Positions 39,205-51,328 of a stretch of 64,000 nucleotides of DNA are shown in pieces; position 1 is the stretch's first letter; every line of letters begins with the position of its first letter. The position numbers and the translations under genes are program-made. The notes beneath the pieces are model-generated. The model did not search any database. It saw only the letters and a program-made list of their open reading frames with translations, and was not told where the DNA came from. The DNA is from Mytilus californianus (Eukaryota): contig NW_026262712.1 in assembly GCF_021869535.1 (NCBI RefSeq), forward strand, positions 72,230,001 to 72,294,000, read 5' to 3'.

Positions 39205-39870
39205 TAGATAATATTACACCACCAGAGCAGCTGTAAGCCTCATATTATCGCCTGATACAAAAGATAATATTATACCATCAGAGCAGCTGTTCTAGCCTCA
39301 TATTATCGGCTGATAAAGGATAGTGGTGAACCATCAGAGCAGCTATAAGCACATATCGTGCCGGATAAAAAAGATAAAATTACACCATCAGGGCAACTAT
39401 AAGCTTATATAATCGTCTGATAAATAAATAATATTGCACTATCAGAACTGATATGGGCTCATACCATCATGTGATACATAGATTAAATTGCCTTATCAGA
39501 GTAACTTTAACCCTATGTCATCACCTGATATATAATATTGACCTATTAGAGTATATTGGTCCATATCATCGGCTGATAAATATATAATAATTGCATATGC
39601 AGCGTAGCTGATAGACCACATCTTCGCCTGATCAATCGATATTTTTGCACTATCAGACTTTTGTGAGTCCATATCATCTTATTATAATTATGATAAATAG
39701 ATCATATTGCACTATAATTCCAGCTATTATCCAATATCAATAGAGTATAATTGCACTTTCAGGGCAACTTTCAGCCATCCTCAAAAAATAGATGAGGTTG
39801 CACTATCTTCCGATTAATATATAATATTGCACTATCAGAGCAGCCATGAGCCCATAAATTTTACCTGGTG
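39205..39870 (-). repeat. Degenerate 45-50-bp tandem array, inverted relative to 42430-42800
   Basis: Units attgcactatcagagcag..g.ccata.cat..cctgata. Confidence 0.75.
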
Positions 39871-40029
39871 ATTAGATAAGTTTTAGGGGTACAGCAGTCA
39901 TCATTGCGTTATAACCTTAATAACTACAAAAACAAACAAATATATCAACATAGAAAACCAGAAAGGCACATAGACGAAGCACATAAGCAACAAGTAAAAC
40001 TGCGAGCTACTGTTCACTGATGATATCCC

Positions 40030-40607
40030 CGCCGAAATATTTCGGTAAACAGGAAGTTGTTGAGTGATGAATCTGAAAATGCATCACACGGTATAGCTGA
40101 CTTATATAAACCCTGAAACCAAATTTCAGAAATCCTTGTATTGTAGTTCCTGAGAAAAAAACTGTGTGACGAAAATTTTCAACTTGGCTATCATGTGTAA
40201 AATGATACAAGTGTTCGGTAAACAGGAAGTTGTTGAGTGATGAATCTGAAAACGCATCACACGGTAAAGCTGACTTATATAAACCCTGAAACCAAATTTC
40301 AGAAATCCTTGTCAAGTAGTTCCGGAGAAAAATGCGACAAAACTTTTCAACTTGGCTATCATGTGTAAAATGATACAAGTGTTCGGTAAACAGGAAGTTG
40401 TTGAGTGATGAATCTGAAAACGCATCACACGGTATAGCTGACTTATATAAACCTTGAAACAAAATTTCAGAAATCCTTGTATTGTAGTTCCTGAGAAAAA
40501 TGCGACGATAATATTAATGGGACGGATGGACTAACGGATGGACAGACGGATGGATGGACAGAGAGGTAAAACAGTATACCCCCACTTTTTTTAAAGCGGG
40601 GGTATAC
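40030..40607 (+). mobile_element. HINE/pearl-like non-autonomous element: 3 core repeats of about 170 bp, an ACGG microsatellite and a 3' palindrome
   Basis: Units at 40044, 40217 and 40385, then (GGAC/GGAT)n and tatacccc…gggggtata. Confidence 0.75.
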
Positions 40608-40769
40608 AAACGAAAGACAAGAGTACAAAAATTTACCATAGCACAATAACACAATGACGAGATGTATAAGTTCCGATCCACGTCAAATGGATATATAACA
40701 AAAAGACTAAATAGTAAAAGTAATAAGTTACAAAGACAAATAAAAGAACACTATAATACGTTATTAATA

Positions 40770-41290
40770 TGATAAACAACGTCAGTACCTAGAATCTATA
40801 CTTCAAGACCATCGTGTATTTTTGTGAAGTGGATACGGAGTATTTATCAACAAGGTATTGGTAACTTCCGATAAACGTTTTTAGAAAAAGGACGAGACGT
40901 ATTTCGACCTACCCCTGGTTCATCAAATTTCTACTCAGACACTGTTGACGTTTTATAAAGTCTGAGTAGCAGCTGCAAACTCTTGAATACCGAATAAGTT
41001 GGGAAATGTATATCCCATATGCAGGTGAACTTTGTATATTACTACTAAGGTGGGGGAAATTAATAATTTAAAAATTTAAATCGTCTCGTCTCGTTTGTCA
41101 TAGATTCTGGTACTGAGATGACCGTGTATGTCAAAATCGAGGTATGAGTCTAAATATAAGCCAGAGGAAGCCGTGTCTGTTGTTTCTTTAATTTTGGCAG
41201 GATATATTAATGGAACCCCATCAGAAAATTTGGATTGTTAATGGAAAGAACATCATCAATATATCTGAATGTGAAATTAAATGATCTGTC
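40770..41290 (-). mobile_element. Naiad RT 3' fragment, same subfamily as 38895-39185 but opposite strand
   Basis: SFNFTFRYIDDVLSINNP and AYGIYISQLIRYSRVCS. Confidence 0.8.
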
Positions 41291-42429
41291 TGAAGGAACT
41301 CCGAGTCCTATCAAAATAAGAAGAAGTCGGCAAGAAGAGACGCACAGTTCGTTCTCATAGGAATGACGACAATTTGCTGACAAAAAGTCTACCTTCATAT
41401 TCAACAAATATGTTGTCAATAAGAAACTCCAGCATACTGCTCACTTGTTCCTCTGTGTAGCACGTTTTACCTTTTTGTTCACTATTAACAAAATATGCCG
41501 TATAGTATCCTAATGTAATAAATTTATAGCGTATGCTACCATTTTAATGTTGAAAAGCATTGTGTATTATTTCTTTTAGATAATTTTTCAATTTCATATG
41601 GGGAATGGTGGTACCAGGGTTGAAAAATCAAACGTTTTGATATAACTAATTTCAGAAAAAGATCAAGATCTAAATTATCCAGAATTAAGTTCTTTAGATG
41701 TGTTTAGAATCCACATATGGTTAATACCACTATGCGAGTAAACAGTTTCACAATATTGGCTAAGCCTTACAGATACTTTGATAGTGTAATATTATCTATT
41801 CATAAAAGGAAGTATGGGCTAACAGCTACACTGTGAGTTATTATCTATATATAAGTGGATGGTATTGGCGAACAGTTGCTCTGGTAGTGCAATATATAAT
41901 ACTAAATAAGATGACTGCTTTGTGGTCGCTTTTCCGTCTTCCTTATGAAATCAATAAATCTGGCTCTCTGCCATAAAGGAAGTATGCAAATTGTAGTTTT
42001 TTATCCTCTCAATAATTGTTCAATTTGGGTTAGTTTGGGCAAAAATTCGGTAACGAAACCAATTGTTGGTGTCCTTTCCGTGATTACCATCGATTTCAGA
42101 TCGTATTCACTTTCAAATTTCCTACTTTGTTTCAAGTCACAAATATTCTTTCTGAATACATTGAAAGCAAAAAATATATTAACCAATTGAGTATGGCTGT
42201 TGAGTAATTTGTAAAATTTAAAAAATTTCAACAATCCTAACCTTTTTTGTATTCCTTATAATTAAATCATAAAATCTGGCATTTAGACTGGCATAAAAGT
42301 CCAGATTTTGATCTCTTTTCAGGCCAAATTTCATTTTCGACTGTCATTTCCTAAACTTTCTTAAATGTGTTTAAATATGAGAATGGTCTTCTTATGAATT
42401 TTATGTTTGATTCTCACATTGGTCTACTT

Positions 42430-42800
42430 TTCAGATGATGGTGTGGGCTAACATCTGCTCTGATATTGCAATATCTATTTATCAGGGAAATGAGCTAACA
42501 TCTGCTCTGATAGTGCAATATCTATTTATCAGGGAAATGAGCTAACATCTGCTCTGATATTGCAATATCTATTTATCAGGGAAATTATCTAACATCTGCT
42601 CTGATAGTGCAATATCTATTTCTCAGGGAAATGAGCTAACATCTACTCTGATAGTGCAAGATTATTAATATATCAGGGGATGGTATGGGCTTAAAGCTGC
42701 TCTGATATTTTAACATAACATATTCATAAGCAAATGTTATGGGCTAACAGCTGCTTCTATAATTTAATCTTATCTATTGATCAGGTGATGGTATGGACTA
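42430..42800 (+). repeat. 47-bp tandem array running into the exon 20 splice acceptor
   Basis: Unit starts at 42484, 42531, 42578, 42625, 42675, 42728 and 42783. More degenerate units lie at 41740-41910. Confidence 0.85.
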
Positions 42801-43026
42801 CCACAACTCCAAATCATTTTATACTAAAGACCGGGACAACAGGAATGGGTGTGCTGTCAACAGACATGGTGGTTGATGGTATGACAACTGTTACCAAGCA
42901 AACCTAAATGGAAGGTATAATGGGACAATAAATGAATCTGGAAAATATACAGGACTAGTATGGTTTGAATGGAAAAGTGACTATTCCTTAAAGGCAACGC
43001 TGATGATGATCAGAAGGAAAGAGTAA
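42785..43026 (+). CDS. Exon 20: FReD C-terminus with TGA at the GGWWY Trp (DGMDYHNSKSFYTKDRDN..CA..HGG*WYDNCYQANLNG...SLKATLMMIRRKE*)
   Basis: TGA 42874-42876. The conserved motifs continue past it to TAA 43024. Confidence 0.92.
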
Positions 43027-43083
43027 ATACTGATACTCGTATTAAAACTTGCGTGAAAGAAACCAACTTATATCAATTTACTT

Positions 43084-43089
43084 AATAAA
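43084..43089 (+). terminator. Candidate polyadenylation signal AATAAA of the LDLR-FReD gene
   Basis: AATAAA lies 58 nt after the TAA. Confidence 0.5.
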
Positions 43090-44147
43090 TGATTTTGTAT
43101 ATTTTAATGCTTAGAAACAATATTATCATTCTATAAAACTGCTACCAATTAGCTTCCCGTGTAATTTGATGATTGATATTTGAAAACACTGTTGTAGACC
43201 ATTTTGCTAATTTTAAAGTTACAGCTGGCCACACATCATCACACCTATTTGTGTTGGAGTTCATCAACTTTAATTTGTTAAGTGTAAAGACCAATTCACC
43301 AGAATCTAAATCAAACAATAGACAGCATTAACATATCTTCCAATATTTTACTGATTTAACAATACCACAGCTGCGTGTGTGTACTTTGAAGTATCCGTTT
43401 TAAAAAGATCACGTCATATTTTAAACATGTTCAAAAGTTAGAAGACTCAAAAACTACAAATTGGGAAAAATTAGAGGTATTTATTCTGAAAAATAAGTAT
43501 AAAGGACATGTGTAACCAAAACCAATCTCTTTTGTAGTTCTGCTTACAGATTTTCCTACCATTTTTTTTAATCAGTTATTCTACTTTATTACGGATGTTT
43601 TTTTTCTGCAAAATTTTACCCAAAACATTCTTATTTAAATTGTATTTTGCTGCAATGTGAGTAAAATTTGAATATTTACTATTTTTATTTAATCTACAAG
43701 TCCATTTTGTAAGGCCATGGGGCACTCTTACCCCTTTCATAAGTTGAAATTCTGATATTCAACAGGCAATCAGAAATCATGTAGTCCAATAAAAAAACAG
43801 ACAAACCAATGTCCAAAAATATTAATCAGGAAAAGACGATTACAACAATAACAAAATTACACAGATATCTTAAGATTGAGCAACATATATTATACAACTA
43901 TCGGTCATCCCACTGTCTGTATCTCTCTGCTCAGCTCCTAATAAGATTGCATATCATGGCTTTGTGATGTCAAATACATTAACCAGGCATTAAATACTGT
44001 TACCTAGACATGTCATAATAAATTAACCATGTTGATAAGTTTGATCCCAAATTATCAAATATCAAATAACTACATGTTTACTGGTGAGACAAAGAAAACA
44101 ATTGTTTCTTTCATGCAAAATACACAAAAACATACCAATAAATCGAT

Positions 44148-44395
44148 TACTGTGGATTCATTTATTTTCGTGGGTATCAATTTTCGTGAATTGAGGAAAA
44201 CTTGCATTTTCCTGGATATTTGATATCGAGGAAAACTTGCATTTTCCTGGATATTTGATATCGTGGTTTTGCCATACCTTGGATACAAAGCCTAATGAAA
44301 ATTTGTAATTCGTTGACCATTTGAATTCGTGGTTTACCAGTATCAACAAAAGCCAGGAAAACTAGTATCCAATGAATAATAATGAATCCACAGTA
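44148..44395. mobile_element. MITE with TACTGTGGATTCAT terminal inverted repeats and an internal 35-bp tandem duplication
   Basis: tactgtggattcattt … aataatgaatccacagta. Confidence 0.75.
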
Positions 44396-45269
44396 AATGG
44401 CACATACCTCGGGTTATCTCATGTAATCAGGAAGTAATAAACCATGATTAAAGGCCGTACTTTAACCTATAATGGTCTACATAAGAAAATGCCTGTACCA
44501 AGTCAGGAATATGACAGTTGTTATCCATTCGTTTGATGCGTTAGAACTTTTGATTTTGCCATTTGATTGGGGACTTTCCTTTTTGAATTTTCCTCGGAGT
44601 TCAGTATTTTTGTGATTTTACTTTTTACTTTCTTTTTACAAATTGTGAATTAGGTGGAGAGTTATCTCATTGGCACTCATGACAAATCTTCTTATATCTA
44701 TTTATGGAAGAGACCCAAATTTCTAGATTTAAATTTCAATGATACTCAAGTTTTATCCAATAAATGTTAGAACTATAAATTCAGACCTTGGTTTAAATTC
44801 TCTATCAATAGTTATAAAGACTTTGAAATGCTACTTTTATTGTATTTCATCATTATATCATATAGCTTTTAATGTAATAAACATATCAAGTATAAGTTGT
44901 ATAATATTTGAATACTGAATAAAATAAATACTAAATAATGAAAGACAAGATTGGTCAACTGTAAGATTTTTTCCCCAAGAAAACAAATAAAACAATATAG
45001 TTTCAGCCATAGAGAATTATTACTATTTTTGGTTAATTTTGTCTTAAAAGCAGATTCTTTAATGTTTATGGACGGACTTTTTAACACAAAATAAGATTAT
45101 AAAAGTTTATGTAAATATATGCAATTACTTAAACAAAACTAGAAGAGTAACTCTATCACAGTCTAAAATGGACGGAATAATTAAATCACAAAATAAAGGA
45201 CGGAAGAATAAAATCACAAAATAATCAATTTCTATAAATTTGACATAAATCAGTTTAAAGTCAATTGAA

Positions 45270-45929
45270 TCACAGCATGGGTGTCTTAGTATCAGGATAA
45301 AGACTATAGGGAACTTGGTCATCAGTTGATGATTCATTTTGTTCCGTCACTCGGTATGGAGACTTTGGTCTCTGCCCTGATGCTGGTCTTTCTGAAGTTG
45401 TCATCTCCAGATCTATGTTTTGACCAGAGGATTCTGCAGTCTTGTGTGATGTGAACTCAGGTGTCCAGTTCTTTAAATCATTTGATTTTGGTCTTTTTGG
45501 CTTAAACTTTGGTGGACGGTTAGAGCCTTTCAATGGATCTGGCATGGCAAATGCTGTTGCAGGTGAAGGAATTACCCAGTTTTCAGGATAATCCTCTGGG
45601 GCATCCTTTATCCACTTTCTCTTCTCTTTGCCTTCTTTGTTGGACTTTTCAGGATTAACATTTTTTTTGAGTTGAGATGGCTTCATGTTTTTCTCTTGTG
45701 AATCTGGTGTAAGTCCCTTTTTGAGAACAGGAGCAGTTGTTAAACCTTCAACTGTTTCAGATTCAGTTGGTTCCAGAGATTTGGGCTCAAATACTGGTTT
45801 AGCATTTGGTTGTAGTGACTCTGGACTGACTGATGAGTTGTTAAAAAGAGGAAACTCTGACACAAATGGCCGTCTCCATCCTTTCTGGGGCTCAGGTTTG
45901 CCATCTTTTTCTGGGAATAAAATAAAGCC
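45270..45929 (-). CDS. Last exon: Pro/Lys/Ser-rich cytoplasmic tail, about 219 aa
   Basis: Long ORF with a ctctctttcag acceptor, phase 0, ending at TGA. Confidence 0.8.
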   Translation of the reverse strand, partial: GFILFPEKDGKPEPQKGWRRPFVSEFPLFNNSSVSPESLQPNAKPVFEPKSLEPTESETVEGLTTAPVLKKGLTPDSQEKNMKPSQLKKNVNPEKSNKEGKEKRKWIKDAPEDYPENWVIPSPATAFAMPDPLKGSNRPPKFKPKRPKSNDLKNWTPEFTSHKTAESSGQNIDLEMTTSERPASGQRPKSPYRVTEQNESSTDDQVPYSLYPDTKTPML

Positions 45930-46646
45930 CTGAAAGAGAGAACTTTCTGGTATCAGTATCAGTAAAAGGAGAACAAGATGATCTTTTATATACAAACAAC
46001 ATTACCTTACTAAAAATGGTGGGCTATTTTTGGTAAATCAAACTAGTGTACAGATTTAGTAAAAATTTTATTCCCAGGGATCAACAAATGAATGATTCCT
46101 TCAGTTGGTGTAGTTATGATCCAGTCTTCAATTGTAATATCATCAAAAATATCATCTCACCAATTATTTACAATACGCAACACCATGGGTGCCACTGGTG
46201 AAGCAAGAACTGCTTACCATTATAGAGCACCTGATTTCAACCAAAGTTCCATGTGAACTTCCTGTTGCTCAATATTTCATTGTAGTGTCTTTGAAATTTT
46301 TCTTTAGGACTTTGTTCGTCTTTTTAAAAATCTGGCTCATCATATTGGTCAAGTACAAAGCAGGGTTAATACTCATATTACATTTACATGTTCTTGTTCT
46401 GACTGCATTTAATTTAATTTTGGATTTTAAACAGCCATCCATCATCATCATCATCATCAACATGATACAAATATGAATAAATTTCAAAATACTCCCTATC
46501 AGTTTTCCTTATCTACTTATGTATAAACTGTATACCCCAGATATTGACCTCAACATTTTATTTTGATTTTCTATTTACTGTTGTGTAACTATTTAACTGA
46601 TTTCAACCTAATATTATTCTTTACCAATTCCTATCTATTAAGTTAC

Positions 46647-46696
46647 CTTGTCAACAGATGATTCATTGGCATCGCTGTCAAAAGGTCCTGTTTTAC
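46647..46696 (-). CDS. Micro-exon (GKTGPFDSDANESSVDK)
   Basis: ctttttatag acceptor and gtaact donor. Phase 1/0 links 47623 to 45929. Confidence 0.55.
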
Positions 46697-47622
46697 CTAT
46701 AAAAAGACACAAACAAATAATTTTAATTTTTAACGTTTCTTCATTTGGCTAAGATAATTCTATTACAGCATAAATACAAATCAAAATAACATGATACAGT
46801 TCAGCTTATCTGATTCACTTATTTTCCCCAAAAAATATAGTGAGAGGCAAAGAAGCAAGTTTCAAGAAATAATAAATTGGATTTAATTTTTAGGTCCTTT
46901 CTGGTCAAATACATCCTCAACTGTTTCAGTTCTTGGATTTCAAATATTTGGAAATGAGAATTCCTGCTGAAGGTAAATCCAGAAAAGCGCTTCAAACCAA
47001 TGAAAATTATAAAGCAGTCTTTTCATTTTGAAATAAATGAAAAAAACAGATACTTATCAGAAGCATGTGCAATGTTTCAATAACAATTATTATATATGAT
47101 TTCATTTTAGAAATATTAGAATTATAATGTACATCATTGTTTACCTGTTACAGATGTAAGAATTTAATTTTTCAGGATTGAATCAGTAAAAAAAATAGAA
47201 CTTTCTTTCAGACATTCACTTTTGGGCTGACTTTTTTTTCAATAAGAACAACTAAACTTGCTGAGCACATGTGCAATCATTTAAATCTCCAACATAGGTT
47301 GAATGGAACATTTCCTGGATATGGTTCTAAATGATGTCAAGTCAAGAATTTGTTTTTGAGAAAATTGAACCTTACTGGCTTCTTTAAAGGAATGTTTATC
47401 CAATATTTTGTTCTTGCAGTTGTTGAAGCCAAGAAAAGATACTTTTATTATTTCAACATATATTGTCACAATCAAAGCTGATGTGAATGACCATCTGATA
47501 GACATTTGTATGTTAAGAAGATTATCATATCATGTATTTCTCTACTTTTTAAAAACCCTGTCCGATATGACTACTGCTGGCAATAAACAACAAATATCAA
47601 TACAATCTTTGGAAATAATTAC

Positions 47623-47753
47623 CATCAGTAAAACCTAGGCTTCCAAAACTGATATCTCCCATACTAGCTTCAGAGGATTCAGATCTCAGTGATGTCAGGG
47701 AATCATTGAAATTTCTCTTTAGAATGTGCTTCTCTATCCATCTTAAATGCCCG
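47623..47753 (-). CDS. Exon: cytoplasmic segment (GHLRWIEKHILKRNFNDSLTSLRSESSEASMGDISFGSLGFTD)
   Basis: Phase 2/1 fits the flanking exons, with AG/GT boundaries. Confidence 0.65.
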
Positions 47754-48090
47754 CTAAAACATAATACATAAAATGTATTTACTGTATTAAAAAAGAAAAG
47801 CTTTAATATTTTTGCATTCAAAATATTGTATTACATTATAATTTGTTTACATCAAAATACATGTATAGGTATCCCTAGGGCCTGAGACCTTAAATTTCAA
47901 TTTTTTTTTTTAATTCTCTCTATTCAAAACAAACATCTCCAGTAGCTTTTTCAAAATCATAACAATATACAGATGTTCAAAGATGCAATTATATGAATGT
48001 TTGATTCAAAACCTTTTATTCATCAGAAAAACAATCTAATCAGGGTTTCAAGCTGATCATGAACCTGTAAAGGATAAAAAGATCAAATAC

Positions 48091-48408
48091 CTCTTTTTGA
48101 CTTTACGTCTGTACAGAGCTGCCAGTATTATGAACAGGAACAACAATCCCCCCACCACACCAACAGCCACTATCCATGGTTTAAAGTCACATTAGGATTA
48201 TCCTGTGGACATGCACTTTTGTATCTGTTGACCTGGTTGTAACATACATGGGCCTCTGTACAGGGAGAGGACACACACTCATCTATGTCAGTTTCACAAT
48301 GTATTCCTGTGTACCCTGGTTTACATATACATCTGTAATACTTGTCAAAGTCCTCAGCTCTGTTTGGATGCTGACAGGGATATAGAGGGAATGAACTGTC
48401 ATTCTTAT
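48091..48408 (-). CDS. Exon: EGF, Ca-binding EGF and TM (CDFKPWIVAVGVVGGLLFLFIILAALYRRKVKK), frameshifted
   Basis: CICKPGYTGIHCETDIDECVSSPC lies in one frame and the TM with its basic stop-transfer residues in another. The exon is 318 nt where 319 would restore the frame. Confidence 0.85.
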
Positions 48409-49163
48409 CTAAAAAAGAAAAAAGTATATACATAATGCCAATGTAATCTTTATTCTGAGTTTCTTTGGACATTTACATGGATATAATGGGTAAAAAGTGC
48501 AAATCTTTCAGGGTTCTTATTTTTATATTTCCTGAACAATAATAAAGTATGAAGAACCACATATATGTCAATAAACAGGGTGTTGTTATAAGAGCCTAAA
48601 GTCCACCCTGTTATAATGCCACAAGAAAATATCTACTGGTTTAGTATTTGTTAAGGTCTCAGAACTAGTTATCTTTGCAAACTGCATGACTTTTCTATTT
48701 ACGCTAAACATTCAAAGTCTGTCTTACTAGTTAAATTCATTTTTTTTACCAGTTAATATAAAGCTAGAATCAGCAGTTTTAAATCCTGATTGGACTTTTT
48801 GTAAAGAACTGTATTTAAGACTTAGCAATATTTGCAATGAATGAAATAAGAAATACTGATAAATTTCATCCATCTGGTAAACAAATCTTTTTGCACAATC
48901 ATTGTCCACAAAATGATAGCAAACTAACAAAGTAATCTCCCTGTTCTTGATAATATACAGACATAATATAAACACATATGTCCAGGTAACAAAAACGAAT
49001 TTCCAATACATTTTTGCGTTTTCAGATTAGATATAAATTTCCTCCGATTTTGGCATTGTGTAAAATTAAGGTATAGCATTACTTAAAATAGCCACCCACT
49101 ATTATTGATAAATTGTTGCTTGCATCACATCCAGTGGTATCCATCATCTATAAATATCATTAC

Positions 49164-49386
49164 CTTCACAAATTCCTTCATTATTGCAAAGTGACTCCAT
49201 AATGATAAATCTCATGGTAACAACATTTGATGTAGCATTATGGGTATCGTTGATATATATTTTGAGTTCGTCATAACCAGAAAACAACATAGCTTGGTCA
49301 TAACTGAGGCTGTAATAAATCCATGACATATTCTTCCCAGCATAAGGTAATGTATGGCTAAAGTTACCACAAGGTAGGCTGTTCAC
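49164..49386 (-). CDS. Exon: extracellular segment ending in EGF start (…MESLCNNEGICE)
   Basis: tttcag acceptor and gtaatg donor, phase 0/1. Confidence 0.8.
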
Positions 49387-49986
49387 CTGAAAGATATATA
49401 TAAGAATACCTGTTAATTTTATTTCAAAAGTCAATAATTTTCTTGTAAAAGGTCTGTTCTTTCCAGGTTGTTACACTACATATTTTAAAAATCTGAATAT
49501 CACATTGTTACTGAGAAAGTACATATTTCAGTTTGTTTTCTTCTTTTAAAACAAGCCTAACAGTCTGTTGCAATATATTACGTGTCAAATAACTTTCCAA
49601 CTTAACCTCACATTATCAATACAAAGTTAAGAGCTGATATTTACAAACTCTTAAGTATAAAATAGCTTTTCACTCCCTGTAATATATAGCCTAGCTTGTA
49701 TTTTCAGAATTGTTGAACATTTTAAAGGAAGTTATGAAAATTGTTCCTGTAAACTTTCTTTCAAAATTAAACACTTCTTTCAGGAACTGGTTAAAATTCA
49801 AATAACAGGCACTCAGGAGATAGTGACATAAAGTATTTTAATACCAATGGATCACATAATAATAATATGAAAAATAGTGGCACAATAACTAATGAGCCAC
49901 CTTCAGTCACAATTGATGTAGGCAATCAATTATATGACCAGGTTCTCCTCACTTTAATTTACTTATGTTTGTTTATATATTCTAAC

Positions 49987-50181
49987 CTGTGGACTTTCTG
50001 TACATGGCTGTACATCAAAAGGTAAGGTAGATTTCTCAGTCAGAGTGTGGTTACCATGTGATGGCTCATTGACTTCTATATGGAGACTATCACTTCTATC
50101 AATATCATAGGCACCAATCAGTGCTGTAAACTGCTCCGACCAATTCTCTTTGTTGAATGTATTCATCTGTTCCAGATATAT
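49987..50181 (-). CDS. Exon: extracellular segment (IYLEQMNTFNKENWSEQFTALIGAYDIDRSD...CTESPQ)
   Basis: 195 nt, phase 0/0, with a cadherin-like AYDID motif. Confidence 0.75.
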
Positions 50182-51328
50182 CTAAAAGTAATACAACAAT
50201 TTACTTTTAAAACACATGTCATTTCAAGAAATAAATAATCTACAATATAACGTCATCATTTACCGCAAAATTCCCTTCATTAAAACAATGAAATTTCATA
50301 GATTTAATAAATATTTTTCAGTGTGGAAAATAAAGATATTCCTTTCAAGGAATTAAAAACCATATATGACTACTAATATATGTTTCGAAATGCACATAAG
50401 TAGATGTAACTAGCTATATAGGTGTCGCTCATTTTAGTCAATGTGCATATACCATAAAGGACACTTTCCAACATTAAGACAAGAATAGAATTCATGACAA
50501 AAATCTCTGTTTTGTTGATCTTGTATTGTTGATCTTGTATTGCTGATCATTTAGTCTGTTTAGTTTATCTCTATCTTCTTCAGTTTTTGCCTACAATTTA
50601 ACACAAAAAAGGGGTAAACAAAATCCTCATTTACTATAAAAAGTGACAGTCTACTAACTATATCAGCAAAATTTGACTTGTTAGTAGTTCTTGACTTGCT
50701 GATAATTTTTGTGAATTAAGTGTCTCTTTATCTTTTATAATTTTCTTCATATAAGGCAAAATGCAAAACAAAAATCTACAGATGATTTCAACCATGCAGA
50801 CTTATTTGTAGAACTTGTCTGCTGATAATTTTTGCATTTAAAGTTTTTCTCTATCTACTATAGTTTTCAAAGGTATGGTCTATTTTAAGCCATAGCGCCC
50901 ATTTTGGTTGGCAGGAGTGGTCATCAGGCACATTTTTTAAACTACATTGTAGATACCCCAATAATGGTTTCGGCCAAGTTTGGTGAAATTTGGTCCTGCA
51001 GTGTCAGAGATGATTTTAGTAAAAATTATCAGAAGACTGCAATGGATGAAGGAGGCCAAGTGATGAGAAAAGCTCACTAAATTGAGCTTAAAAGTATGTA
51101 TTGAAGGTTGAAGAAGTCAATTTAAGCCACATTCAGAAAACCAAATTACACAACTTATTTTCTGAATAGGAACTGAGACATATAAATCAATCTTCTTCCC
51201 TCTTTCTTATTCTAAAGGTATATACTTATTAGTTAAATTCATTACCAGAGATGTTCAAGTACATTTTATTTACCATAAACATTGCATTTAAGACTTTAAC
51301 ATGTTTATCAAGTTTAATTCAAAATTAC

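Larger units (their letters stand above)
1426..43026 (+). pseudogene. 20-exon secreted LDLR-ectodomain/fibrinogen-C (FReD) fusion gene, about 982 aa; 3 in-frame TGA codons and 1 broken acceptor (young pseudogene, defective allele or recoded)
   Basis: Exons assembled by hand with GT/AG boundaries and matching phases sum to 2949 nt (983 codons) from ATG 1426 to TAA 43024-43026. TGA occurs at 7469, 20868 and 42874, and the exon 5 acceptor reads caa instead of cag. Confidence 0.8.

Noticed and set aside
40007-40462. 151-aa ORF with internal repeats
   Set aside because: It is the antisense translation of the 170-bp core repeats of a non-autonomous element.
42430-42800. CRISPR-like array (also 56935-57205)
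   Set aside because: These are tandem units without unique spacers, there are no cas genes, and the context is eukaryotic.
43027-43400. SECIS in the 3'UTR of the LDLR-FReD gene
   Set aside because: The ATGA motifs present lack a correctly spaced AA loop with a paired helix and 3' GA, so Sec decoding of the full-length mRNA is unsupported.
45685-45933. Antisense ORFs over real exons (also 56183-56398 and 2348-2539)
   Set aside because: These are shadows of coding exons on the opposite strand.
48065-48090. 26-nt intron (gtattt…ctttacag) after the TM exon
   Set aside because: It is too short for a typical intron, and the phase-compatible acceptor at 47754 explains the structure.
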